IMG/VR virus record: IMGVR_UViG_3300035536_000005
Source: a virus
Strand: one strand, 5' to 3'
Length of the DNA stretch: 38,403 nucleotides
Below the pieces are notes generated by a model. That model did no database searches. It was not told the DNA's origin and saw only the letters and a list, made by a program, of their open reading frames with translations. Shown here one piece after another: positions 7,922 to 15,952 of this stretch. The translations under genes and the position numbers were made by a program. Within the stretch, counting starts at the first letter, position 1, and each line of letters opens with the position of its first letter.

Positions 7922-7950
7922 ATTATACAGTATAAACTGTAATTTTGCAA
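7922..7950 (-). promoter_or_regulatory. Sigma-A-type promoter, TTGCAA-17 nt-TATAAT (late/cargo operon)
   Basis: On the minus strand the -35 is at 7950-7945 and the -10 at 7927-7922, with a 17-nt spacer. It is intergenic, directly after the ArpU-like regulator gene. Confidence 0.65.
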
Positions 7951-7960
7951 GTTAAACCTA

Positions 7961-8323
7961 TCATGCGTCTATCATATCAAATAAAACATTCAATTTATCA
8001 AAAGCAGATGCTTTACTCCTATAAAAACTAGCTTCTTTTTTATCCCAATCATCCATTAAAATTATTTCATTATCTGGCACACTTCCTGGTGTCCACTTCC
8101 TCAAATAAGGTTCTAACTCTAAATTATACAACTGTGTGATAATAAACAACTCATCATCATTAAGTGTTATTAACATTTTATCAACAGTATCCACAAAGTT
8201 TTTCTTTTGCTGCAAGTTGACTTCTTTATCTTTGAAAATATCATCAAACTTTTCATAAATTGTAATGTAATCGCAATAGTTGATATATTGTTTTAATACT
8301 TTATCGATTAATTCTTTATCCAT
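7961..8323 (-). CDS. ArpU-like / sigma-70 region-4-like late transcriptional regulator
   Basis: About 120 aa from MDKELIDK (ATG 8323 behind AAGGTGAAG). LNDDELFIITQLY and SFYRSKASAFDKL resemble region-4 HTH regulators. It lies immediately upstream of the late and packaging genes. Confidence 0.5.
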   Translation of the reverse strand: MDKELIDKVLKQYINYCDYITIYEKFDDIFKDKEVNLQQKKNFVDTVDKMLITLNDDELFIITQLYNLELEPYLRKWTPGSVPDNEIILMDDWDKKEASFYRSKASAFDKLNVLFDMIDA

Positions 8324-8627
8324 CTTCTTCACCTTCAACTTTTCTCACAATTGTAATCAATCTTGTTAATGCTATTAATCTTCCTATATATTCATTATAC
8401 TCATCACCTTCGGCTAATTCTGATTTGGCAGCAGATTCAATTTGATTTTTTTTAGCTAAATATTTAGTATTTTTTAAATTGTGATACCACCCAATTTCAT
8501 ATCCATAACATTCAATCTCTTTTTCTAATTTATCTATTTTATTTTTAATATTTTCTATTGTTTTTTGAAAACTATTAGCAGTTTCAACAGCTAGCATTTC
8601 ATCAATTTTGCTTTGATTAATTTTCAT
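8316..8627 (-). CDS. Hypothetical coiled-coil protein (103 aa)
   Basis: ORF track. The N terminus is heptad-rich. No family recognised with confidence. Confidence 0.6.
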   Translation of the reverse strand: MKINQSKIDEMLAVETANSFQKTIENIKNKIDKLEKEIECYGYEIGWYHNLKNTKYLAKKNQIESAAKSELAEGDEYNEYIGRLIALTRLITIVRKVEGEEDG

Positions 8628-8877
8628 TATTTAATCCCTTCTTCCACATTTTTTCGCACAATTTAATATGTTCTATTGGATTGAGTCTGTCCTCACACCT
8701 TTCACAATCTAAACTATCAACTCTATCATCATTAACATTACACCACTCCACTTGATATTTGATATAGATATTAGCACACCTTTTGTGGCTTGTAATTGAT
8801 TTGTGGAAGTGGCACAGACCTTTGTTAGTGATTAAGCTATCACAATTATCAGCTGTGCATTCTGTATAATTATTCAT
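8617..8877 (-). CDS. Cys-rich (zinc-binding?) hypothetical protein (86 aa)
   Basis: ORF track. Multiple Cys/His pairs are present (CTADNC, CHFH, CERCEDR). Confidence 0.55.
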   Translation of the reverse strand: MNNYTECTADNCDSLITNKGLCHFHKSITSHKRCANIYIKYQVEWCNVNDDRVDSLDCERCEDRLNPIEHIKLCEKMWKKGLNNEN

Positions 8878-9445
8878 AGATTATTTCATCAATCATCTCC
8901 GAATTGTATATATCAACATATCCTTTCCAATCCCCTTGCACTCTTTTGGCTACATATTTAATTTGATTATATTTATCGTCTTTAAAAACCCCAAGGACTT
9001 CATTAGTTCTATTAGTCTTGCCTTCAGCTGTTTTAATTTTAAATTTATTGCCTGGCTCTAACTCATCTTTCTTTTTAAGTGGCGATAAACTTTTTTCACT
9101 TACTATACAATTAAAATATTCTTCATCATATAAATATTGACCTTCAATAGCATAATTTAATTTTCCTTTATTTTTACTTATTCCAAAAATTTTAACTTTG
9201 TATTTGTTTCCAAGTACATTTTCAAATAAAACCTCATCGCCGACTTCAAATTTATTAGCCGGTTCAAAATCTTTTGGTCGCCAACCATATTCTATTCCTT
9301 CTAACAAAATACAACCACTTTTTATTATTTTCTTAATAGTAAATATTTCTCCTTTTTTTATTGGAGAGCCAAATATTTCTGTTCCATCTGGCATATTTGT
9401 GTTAAGTCTAACTTTCATTCCAACTTCACAATCTTCAATTTTCAT
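8870..9445 (-). CDS. Hypothetical protein with about three internal SH3/KOW-like repeats (191 aa)
   Basis: ORF track. The pattern hydrophobic-G-D/M-x-V recurs (CEVGMKVRL, FEVGDEVLF, LEPGNKFKI). Confidence 0.55.
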   Translation of the reverse strand: MKIEDCEVGMKVRLNTNMPDGTEIFGSPIKKGEIFTIKKIIKSGCILLEGIEYGWRPKDFEPANKFEVGDEVLFENVLGNKYKVKIFGISKNKGKLNYAIEGQYLYDEEYFNCIVSEKSLSPLKKKDELEPGNKFKIKTAEGKTNRTNEVLGVFKDDKYNQIKYVAKRVQGDWKGYVDIYNSEMIDEIIYE

Positions 9446-9447
9446 TG

Positions 9448-9630
9448 TTAATCCTCCTTAATTTTAACATCCGAAGCTATGCTCCAAGCTGAAAAACCAC
9501 CTAAAATAATTAATAATTCTCTAATTATATCATATTGAAATAATCTAAGTAATCCATTTAAAATCAATCCAAATCCAATTATTGCTAGCACCCAAAACAA
9601 TATTATCCTAAATATCTGCTTTGCTTTCAC
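9448..9630 (-). CDS. Small membrane protein (about 60 aa)
   Basis: The track ORF was trimmed to GTG 9630 behind GAGGAGG. It has two hydrophobic helices (IILFWVLAIIGFGLIL, LLIILGGFSAWSIA). Confidence 0.5.
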   Translation of the reverse strand: MKAKQIFRIILFWVLAIIGFGLILNGLLRLFQYDIIRELLIILGGFSAWSIASDVKIKED

Positions 9631-9907
9631 TCTTATCCTCCTCACAATTAAGTATCCCATAACCAGCTATGTCCTTATAAGGATTTTCTCCATCCTCATC
9701 ATTATCAGTAGCGATTCTTTTCATCTTATCGAACATTCTAACAAGTGTAGCAACATTATCATAATCTTTCAATTTTATGCCATTAGGATATAGTAATTTT
9801 AACATCTTACCTGTTACATGTATACTATCGCCATACTTAGCATTCTTCCTGTCAACAAGGCTTCCTATTCGCTGACCGATAGTTTCATATTTGATGTGGT
9901 TATTCAT
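9608..9907 (-). CDS. MazG-like / DUF1599-type all-alpha nucleotide pyrophosphohydrolase-fold protein
   Basis: 99 aa. KNAKYGDS, LVRMFDKMKRI and PYKDIAGYG follow the pattern I associate with DUF1599/MazG-like phage proteins. Confidence 0.45.
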   Translation of the reverse strand: MNNHIKYETIGQRIGSLVDRKNAKYGDSIHVTGKMLKLLYPNGIKLKDYDNVATLVRMFDKMKRIATDNDEDGENPYKDIAGYGILNCEEDKSESKADI

Positions 9908-10061
9908 TTCTATATTCCTCCAATTTAGCTTTTAGTTCTCCGATTAATTTATTAGCTTCTTCAATGTTTTTTTGGCCTTCAATTGTTGGATTAAGACTTT
10001 TGATTATTCCAAAAACACCTTGTAATAATAATATCCACACTTTGAGTTTAAGTTTTGTCAT
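9900..10061 (-). CDS. Hypothetical small protein (53 aa; below the track cutoff)
   Basis: Hand translation gives MTKLKLKVWILLLQGVFGIIKSLNPTIEGQKNIEEANKLIGELKAKLEEYRNE. It overlaps both neighbours by a few nt. Confidence 0.35.
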   Translation of the reverse strand: MTKLKLKVWILLLQGVFGIIKSLNPTIEGQKNIEEANKLIGELKAKLEEYRNE

Positions 10062-10245
10062 TAAAATCAACTCTATCATTTAAATATTCTAATATTTTAT
10101 TTTCCATTAATCTTTCGTCATAACAACTAATTGTATCATCTAACACGACTTCTTCCACAAATAATTGTATAGCAAAATATAATTTATTTTTATTGACTTT
10201 AACACATCTTTCAGCTAATATTTTAGATACTTCTTTATTTGTCAT
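10048..10245 (-). CDS. Hypothetical protein (65 aa)
   Basis: ORF track. Co-directional and overlaps the ruvC-like gene end. Confidence 0.5.
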   Translation of the reverse strand: MTNKEVSKILAERCVKVNKNKLYFAIQLFVEEVVLDDTISCYDERLMENKILEYLNDRVDFNDKT

Positions 10246-10705
10246 TATCTTCCCTCCAATGATGCAAACAAGTATAAGCTATTGCTACCGCATCAGCTTC
10301 ATCCTTCTGCACATCTTCAATACCATACTTGCTGCACACTAATTGATTAATATCATCTTTGCTGGCTCTGCCATCACCTGTAAATATCTTTTTAATGTGT
10401 GCAGGAGCAAATCCTCCTACTTCAACTTTACCATTCATTAGCATAACTGCTCTGTATATGCCAAGAAAATTAGATGTACTTCTCAAAGTTTTTCTATTCG
10501 GACCATAAGGTTTTTCAAATCCAAAGTAATCAAAATCTTTCTCACATAACTCATTAAAAAATTTGATGACATTTGTATCTCTATCTGTGCCAGTTTTCTT
10601 AAATATAAAATCACCGCTATTTATCAACTTATCATTTTCTGATATTATCGCCCACCCACAATGATTGCTTGTAGTTATACCCGGATCAATTGCTAGTATA
10701 TTCAA
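10235..10705 (-). CDS. ruvC: RuvC-like Holliday junction resolvase
   Basis: 156 aa. It has N-terminal ILAIDPG and C-terminal DEADAVAIA acidic catalytic motifs. TTG start. Confidence 0.8.
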   Translation of the reverse strand: MNILAIDPGITTSNHCGWAIISENDKLINSGDFIFKKTGTDRDTNVIKFFNELCEKDFDYFGFEKPYGPNRKTLRSTSNFLGIYRAVMLMNGKVEVGGFAPAHIKKIFTGDGRASKDDINQLVCSKYGIEDVQKDEADAVAIAYTCLHHWREDNDK

Positions 10706-10853
10706 TTAATCACCCTTTTATTAATTGAGAAGCAAGGCAATGTCTAACCGCTAGCCTCACAGCTGTCATGATATAAATAGATAATATAGTTATTACCTCA
10801 CTTCTCTGTCGGCTAAAAATATATTAAAAGTTAAATGTCGGTATTTAATCTAA

Positions 10854-11243
10854 TTAAAAACTATCATTGAAATCATCAAAGTTATCAATTACTTCATTTG
10901 AGTTTTGTTGACTGTTATTATCTGGCTTCTGTGTAAAATTAACTACTTTGTCAGCATTGATTTTCAGCTTGCTTCTTTTCTCACCATTATTATTTTCCCA
11001 TCTATCCTGCCTTAATTCACCTTTAACCAATACTAAATCGCCTTTTTTAGCATCTTTGTTATATTCTGCCTGCTTGTAATTACCTCTATCCCAAATAGTT
11101 ACATCAATGAAATCTGTTTCATCACCATAACTTCTATTAACTGCCACTGTAACATTAGCAACACCACTTCCATTATTAGCATATCTCATTTCTGCATCTC
11201 TAACAAGATGACCTAAAATAAATACTTTGTTCATATTTGGCAT
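10854..11243 (-). CDS. ssb: Single-stranded DNA-binding protein
   Basis: 129 aa. The OB-fold N terminus is MNKVFILGHLVRDAEMRY, followed by an Asn/Gln-rich linker and an acidic tail DDFNDSF. Confidence 0.9.
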   Translation of the reverse strand: MPNMNKVFILGHLVRDAEMRYANNGSGVANVTVAVNRSYGDETDFIDVTIWDRGNYKQAEYNKDAKKGDLVLVKGELRQDRWENNNGEKRSKLKINADKVVNFTQKPDNNSQQNSNEVIDNFDDFNDSF

Positions 11244-11378
11244 CTAATCACCCTTTCCAGTTATTCTTTTAATTTCATCCATAACTTCCTCAGCTGTCAA
11301 ATGTTCAGTCCAAATTTTAGCTTTGATTGATTTGTTACCTTTTTCATAAGTAAATTCTACATATTCTTTATTATTCAT
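11244..11378 (-). CDS. Hypothetical small protein (44 aa; below the track cutoff)
   Basis: Hand translation gives MNNKEYVEFTYEKGNKSIKAKIWTEHLTAEEVMDEIKRITGKGD. RBS is AAAGGAG, and its stop abuts the ssb start. Confidence 0.45.
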   Translation of the reverse strand: MNNKEYVEFTYEKGNKSIKAKIWTEHLTAEEVMDEIKRITGKGD

Positions 11379-11388
11379 AATTACTCCT

Positions 11389-11568
11389 TTATCTAACCGG
11401 GCATAAACCATCTCCTTCACAGCTACTCCCTAAGTCTCTCTCATCAATACTTAACTTAACTTTTTCTTTTTGCTGTAAACTAGCATCGCAGTGTAAACAA
11501 ATGCCTCTGTGATTAGATGTTAACTTACCACATTTAGGGCAGTTAACCATTTCAATTTCTTTGGACAT
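11389..11568 (-). CDS. Zinc-ribbon protein (59 aa)
   Basis: The track ORF was trimmed to MSKEIEMVNCPKCG...CLHC behind AAGGAGGTGG. It has two CxxC pairs. Confidence 0.55.
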   Translation of the reverse strand: MSKEIEMVNCPKCGKLTSNHRGICLHCDASLQQKEKVKLSIDERDLGSSCEGDGLCPVR

Positions 11569-11619
11569 ATTCCACCTCCTTACTAATGTTATTTTCATTT
11601 TTAGTATATTTGAAAATAA

Positions 11620-11787
11620 CTATAAATCACGCCCCATATTATTTTCCCAAGCTGAGTCTAAAATTTTCTGCATTTCTATTACATCTTTTTTAATTTCAAT
11701 TAACAATTCCCTTTCTTCTGCACTTGGATGTTTTCCTAATAATTCTTCTATTTTGTATATTGTATCATATTTTTTCGGCAAACTCAT
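11620..11787 (-). CDS. Hypothetical protein (55 aa)
   Basis: The track ORF was trimmed to MSLPKKYDTIYKIEELL behind GAGGGAGGA. Confidence 0.5.
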   Translation of the reverse strand: MSLPKKYDTIYKIEELLGKHPSAEERELLIEIKKDVIEMQKILDSAWENNMGRDL

Positions 11788-11903
11788 ATATTTTCCTCCC
11801 TCTCTGCTCTCTCGTCTACCCATAAGAAACACATCTCGTGCATACCGTCAATTTCTTTTTCATCTGGTTTGATTTCTTGCTTACACTTTTTGCATATTTT
11901 CAT
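11784..11903 (-). CDS. Hypothetical small Cys-containing protein (39 aa)
   Basis: Hand translation gives MKICKKCKQEIKPDEKEIDGMHEMCFLWVDERAEREENI. RBS is AAAAGGAGGA, with an ATGA overlap to the next ORF. Confidence 0.35.
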   Translation of the reverse strand: MKICKKCKQEIKPDEKEIDGMHEMCFLWVDERAEREENI

Positions 11904-11917
11904 AGTTTCCTCCTTTT

Positions 11918-12109
11918 CTATTTAATTTTATATTTATCTAAAAAATCAAATATTATAAAACCAGCTTGAATTATAAAAACTATTGCATATATTGAAGTTA
12001 TTGTCATAATTCCGCCAAATAATAAATCGAACGCCCACTCGTCTAACTTATGTGCATACTTGTTAAAAAATATCCATAAAACAATTAAGCTAATAGTTAG
12101 TGAAATCAT
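11918..12109 (-). CDS. Small membrane protein (63 aa)
   Basis: ORF track. It has two hydrophobic helices. Confidence 0.55.
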   Translation of the reverse strand: MISLTISLIVLWIFFNKYAHKLDEWAFDLLFGGIMTITSIYAIVFIIQAGFIIFDFLDKYKIK

Positions 12110-12110
12110 A

Positions 12111-12299
12111 TTATAACCCCTTTCTAATTTTAAGCAACCATTCAGCAGGTTTGTCAGTTAACTTTTCCATTGTGTCAAAAAACTTAATTACAAAATTAGG
12201 CAGCTTTTTAGGATAATTTTTGCTTGTGATAGCTTGATATTGATCTGGATGATCAGACTTTAATTCTTCTTCAATGGAAACTTTTAGCAATTTAATCAC
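12111..12299 (-). CDS. Hypothetical protein (62 aa)
   Basis: ORF track. No motif recognised. Confidence 0.5.
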   Translation of the reverse strand: MIKLLKVSIEEELKSDHPDQYQAITSKNYPKKLPNFVIKFFDTMEKLTDKPAEWLLKIRKGL

Positions 12300-12306
12300 C
12301 TCCTTT

Positions 12307-12900
12307 TTAAATCAAAGATACAGAAGAAAGGCTTAATTGTTTGGTCCTGTTCCCTATTTTTAAATTAAATTTATTTTCTAATTTATCAATAACAATTGCT
12401 GTATCACCTTTATCTTTACCTCTTTTAATTTTAACTTCTGAACCAATTTTTATATCTCTCATTTTGCAGTATTGTTTACACATTTTTCTTATTTTACTCC
12501 ATTCTCCACCTGTTAATCCTAATTCTACCCACTTAGGAAATGACATGTATTTAATTATTTTTTTATATTCTTTGCTTTTAATTAACTTTTCAGCAACATT
12601 AAAATCTTTATATTGTCTCCAATATCCAGTTAAAACAAATACTGAAATTGTTGCATTCCAAAATTGTGGCTGTTTACATGGTCCTTTATAAACAAAATTA
12701 TAATATGTTTCTCTTATAAGTGAACCAAAATGACTGGCAGTTAAAATTATTTTCTCCATCTCTTTTTTATTAGGTAATTTATTTTCATATAAATATTTTT
12801 GGTTATATGATAAATAAATTGGTAGTGCATCTTTTATTAAAGGTTCTATATTATCAAACATATATTTTTGAATAAAGTGTACTTGTTCCAATTCATTCAT
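12307..12900 (-). CDS. Hypothetical protein with a C-terminal KOW-like motif (197 aa)
   Basis: Trimmed to MNELEQ behind AAGGAGG. The C terminus GSEVKIKRGKDKGDTAIVIDK resembles a KOW motif. Confidence 0.55.
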   Translation of the reverse strand: MNELEQVHFIQKYMFDNIEPLIKDALPIYLSYNQKYLYENKLPNKKEMEKIILTASHFGSLIRETYYNFVYKGPCKQPQFWNATISVFVLTGYWRQYKDFNVAEKLIKSKEYKKIIKYMSFPKWVELGLTGGEWSKIRKMCKQYCKMRDIKIGSEVKIKRGKDKGDTAIVIDKLENKFNLKIGNRTKQLSLSSVSLI

Positions 12901-13100
12901 TATTGGACCTCCTTGCAATCATCAGCTAAATAATAATAATTCCCATCTTGGTCTATAACATTTTTTAGATCTCCATTGCCTTCATGTGTGTATCCTAAAT
13001 CATTGGCGTTAAACCTCTTAACATCCTCCACCTCTTTATTGTGTTGTATTAAAATATCATTTCCGCTTCTAAATAAATAACAATTGTGATAAACACTCAT
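12900..13100 (-). CDS. Hypothetical protein (66 aa)
   Basis: ORF track. It is the first ORF after the promoter at 13133-13161, with RBS AAGGAGAGGGGAG. Confidence 0.55.
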   Translation of the reverse strand: MSVYHNCYLFRSGNDILIQHNKEVEDVKRFNANDLGYTHEGNGDLKNVIDQDGNYYYLADDCKEVQ

Positions 13101-13132
13101 TTTTTCTCCCCTCTCCTTGTCTCTTAATTAAT

Positions 13133-13161
13133 ATTATACAGCACATATTCCAAAAAGTCAA
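13133..13161 (-). promoter_or_regulatory. Sigma-A-type promoter, TTGACT-17 nt-TATAAT
   Basis: On the minus strand the -35 is at 13161-13156 and the -10 at 13138-13133. It lies in the intergenic gap after dnaB. Confidence 0.6.
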
Positions 13162-13174
13162 GCTATTTTAATAA

Positions 13175-14506
13175 TTATTTTCTCAATATTTCAATTTTAT
13201 TTTTCATCCCCATATCCAGCTCATAACCATCCTCCCAACGAACAATATCTTTGTAGAAATACATCTTGCAGACACCTGTCCCCGATGTTCTTCCTTTCTC
13301 CTGTATCATCTCGCCTAATACTCTATTCCCTCTAGTTTTGTTCTGTTTTTCAATAGACTTTTCTTCTAAATAATCCGGTCTGTGCAACAACCATATTTCA
13401 TCAGCTGTTTCCTCAATTTCACCGCCACCTCTCATATCGCTCATTTGTGGTCGCTTGCCTTCTTTGTGATTACTTCTTGTCAACTGCGAAACTAGAATAA
13501 TCGGCACATTAAGCTGTAATGCAAGACTTCTAAGGCTTCGACATATACCACCTATTTCTCGCACCATATTAGCTCTCTTGTCATATCCTATATTTTGCAG
13601 ATAATCTACAACTATCACATCGAGTTGGCCTATATCCTTGTTAATTTTTCTGCAAACAGCTGCGATGTCATCAACATTCATATTTCTTTTTTCGCTGATG
13701 AATAAGTTTTTCTCATACTTATCTAATATATTATAAGCATTAGCAATAGCATTTTGTTGAACCTCTGATAACTTTTGAGCCTTGTCATAATCATTAGCAG
13801 GCACACAACTTTCGCTAACTATTAAGCGATCAACCACTTCTTTTGAGTCCATTTCAAGCGATATCATAGCCGCTTTGCCACCATTGAATAATATATTTCT
13901 CATCACCTTAATCGCAAAAGCTGTCTTACCTACCGACGAGTTAGCTCCTAATACCGTAAGGTGTTTTCGCTTAAGTCCGCCCCACTTGTTGTCTATCTGA
14001 TACAATCCAGTCTTAACGCTATCATCACCTTCACCTTCTAATCGCTCCACATAGTTGCCATACGCCTTGATTAGAGCATCGCCAAGCAGGTAGTTAGTTT
14101 CGTCATTATCCAGCTCTGAAGTAACTTTAAATATCATTTCTTGCGATTTGTGTAGATACTCGTCAATATCTAAATCTTTCTTTTTTGCTAAGTTATAAAT
14201 ATCTTTGCTGACGCTTTTTAGATTGTGTCTAATATAATTTTTGTGCAGCAAATCTAAACTATCATCAAACTCGTGAAATAAGTCTTTTTCTGGCAGTTCG
14301 TCAGCAGCAACTTCTACTTCAGTCGCTAGCTTAACTATGCTTAACTGTTCGTTATTATTCCTTTTTTTAACTATCCAATTATATATTTTCTTCATCTTAT
14401 TATCAGTAAAATAATTAGGTTTACATTTTTGTATTAAATCATCAGCTAATTCTGGGTCAGCTAATGTTGCAGCTATCACATTTTTCTCTAACTCAACTTG
14501 ATTCAA
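13175..14506 (-). CDS. dnaB: Replicative DNA helicase (DnaB family)
   Basis: 443 aa. Walker A is GANSSVGKTAFA, Walker B-like is VIVVDYLQ, and SQLTRS is present. It has the DnaB N-terminal domain layout. Confidence 0.9.
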   Translation of the reverse strand: MNQVELEKNVIAATLADPELADDLIQKCKPNYFTDNKMKKIYNWIVKKRNNNEQLSIVKLATEVEVAADELPEKDLFHEFDDSLDLLHKNYIRHNLKSVSKDIYNLAKKKDLDIDEYLHKSQEMIFKVTSELDNDETNYLLGDALIKAYGNYVERLEGEGDDSVKTGLYQIDNKWGGLKRKHLTVLGANSSVGKTAFAIKVMRNILFNGGKAAMISLEMDSKEVVDRLIVSESCVPANDYDKAQKLSEVQQNAIANAYNILDKYEKNLFISEKRNMNVDDIAAVCRKINKDIGQLDVIVVDYLQNIGYDKRANMVREIGGICRSLRSLALQLNVPIILVSQLTRSNHKEGKRPQMSDMRGGGEIEETADEIWLLHRPDYLEEKSIEKQNKTRGNRVLGEMIQEKGRTSGTGVCKMYFYKDIVRWEDGYELDMGMKNKIEILRK

Positions 14507-14508
14507 AT

Positions 14509-14739
14509 TTATTCCTCCTTTAAAATTATATCAATATAATTAATCGCATTTTTAATATTATATCTCATTGCTTTTTTATCATTAAAAGATTTAGTTTTGC
14601 TAACCCCCTCACCAACCAACATATGTTTAATACTTTTTAAATCTTGTATTAATTTTCTATTCTTAGATTTTTCAATTGATAATTGACTATCCAAACTTGA
14701 TAAGTCAGATAATAAATTATTAATATATTTTTGATTCAT
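14509..14739 (-). CDS. Hypothetical coiled-coil protein (76 aa)
   Basis: ORF track. No motif recognised. Confidence 0.5.
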   Translation of the reverse strand: MNQKYINNLLSDLSSLDSQLSIEKSKNRKLIQDLKSIKHMLVGEGVSKTKSFNDKKAMRYNIKNAINYIDIILKEE

Positions 14740-15236
14740 TTTTTACCCCCCTCATAATATTCGCACTCATCTAAATTATAATTAAATCTACATCTGCCAA
14801 CACTACATATCCTGCAAAACTCATCTCTGACATTAACACTTTCTTCACCTGTGAATTTAGAACGATACTCTGTGAATGAACCAAACTTCTTTTTTAAAAA
14901 ATATAAAGAAGGATACCCAACGCCTTTCTTTTCAGCAAATTCGACTATACCTTTGTATTTCTTGATATCATTATTAATACAATCAGCTGTAATTTTATCT
15001 ATTATATCAATATCAAATTTATCATCAAATTTAGTGGATTGTTTCTTTAATTTATCTTCGCCAAAAACTTCAACTATCATATTATCCCAACTATCATACA
15101 CTTTGTAAATAGTATGCAAGCTAGGATATTTATTGTTATGTGCTGAAAAACTTTGAAATTTAACACTTGACCAACTTTCCATTTTATTTTTAGCCTCTCT
15201 GATAGCTGGAGGAATATTTTCTTTAGTCCATTTCAA
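14736..15236 (-). CDS. Protein with two homing-endonuclease-associated (HEARO/HNH_repeat-like) repeats and no nuclease domain
   Basis: 166 aa. YPSLHTIYKVYDSWDNMI and YPSLYFLKKKFGSFTEY resemble the repeat pattern P-S-x3-I/L-x3-F-G-S-W. There is a C-terminal Cys cluster. Confidence 0.4.
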   Translation of the reverse strand: MKWTKENIPPAIREAKNKMESWSSVKFQSFSAHNNKYPSLHTIYKVYDSWDNMIVEVFGEDKLKKQSTKFDDKFDIDIIDKITADCINNDIKKYKGIVEFAEKKGVGYPSLYFLKKKFGSFTEYRSKFTGEESVNVRDEFCRICSVGRCRFNYNLDECEYYEGGKK

Positions 15237-15269
15237 CCAACATCACTTCCTCTCTAATTATAATATAAA

Positions 15270-15458
15270 TCAATTTTTATGTCTAATTGTAAATTCTAAT
15301 GCTTCTTTAGCGATTAAGTTATAATTATCAGTTATAAATTTATCAATAACTTCTTCATCAACGCCACAATCTTTCAACTTATTAGCCGTTCTTATAATAT
15401 CTAATTTATAATCATCCCACCACTTATAAAACTCAACATGTACTTCTGGTAATTCCAT
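15270..15458 (-). CDS. Hypothetical protein (62 aa)
   Basis: ORF track. RBS is AAGGGGGA. Confidence 0.5.
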   Translation of the reverse strand: MELPEVHVEFYKWWDDYKLDIIRTANKLKDCGVDEEVIDKFITDNYNLIAKEALEFTIRHKN

Positions 15459-15472
15459 TTTTATATCCCCCT

Positions 15473-15952
15473 TTAATTTTCAACTGGATTAATAACTTTA
15501 TCATTATCAATAATAAATGGCTCACCCTGCTTATAATTGCTATATGTGCCGTGTATTACAAAACCCGCCATATAATTAGCGCCTTTACTTGCATCACTCT
15601 GACATATCTTTTTAGCTTCCTCAAGTGGTATATTATCATTGCACAATCGCTTTGAGTATCTAGCGCCGCCCTTGCTAAATAAAAACACATCATAAGTCTG
15701 CTGGTTAAGATATTCTGATATTATTTCTTTATCAAAATTTCCTCTAACATTTGCTATATCTATTTCATCATCAATTGCAATATAATTATTCTTAATCGCC
15801 CACTTTACTAAAAATCTATCTGGATCATTATAAGTTTCGGCTTCTTTTAAATAAGTTTCAACCTTAGTTTTAGCTAGCAATTTACCACCTCTTTCTAGTA
15901 AGCAGTTTATAGTGTTGCTTAGCACTTGCTTGTTATTGATTAGCTTTTTCAA
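15473..15952 (-). CDS. Hypothetical protein (159 aa; non-ATG start)
   Basis: ORF track. TTG start at 15952, with no internal Met for over 100 codons. No motif recognised. Confidence 0.55.
   Translation of the reverse strand: MKKLINNKQVLSNTINCLLERGGKLLAKTKVETYLKEAETYNDPDRFLVKWAIKNNYIAIDDEIDIANVRGNFDKEIISEYLNQQTYDVFLFSKGGARYSKRLCNDNIPLEEAKKICQSDASKGANYMAGFVIHGTYSNYKQGEPFIIDNDKVINPVEN

Noticed and set aside
10706-10853. Possible iterons or an origin in the ssb-ruvC intergenic gap (CCTCAC twice, TGTCGG twice, TTAAAT-GTCGGT-ATTTAA hairpin).
   Set aside because: The motifs are only 6 nt long, irregularly spaced and few. That is not distinguishable from chance by eye. I noted them only.
11291-11300. 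Additional TTGACA hexamers inside coding regions (for example 11295-11300, 19884-19889, 20424-20429, 23753-23758 on the minus strand).
   Set aside because: None has a TATAAT-like -10 at a 16-18-nt spacing, and all are intragenic.
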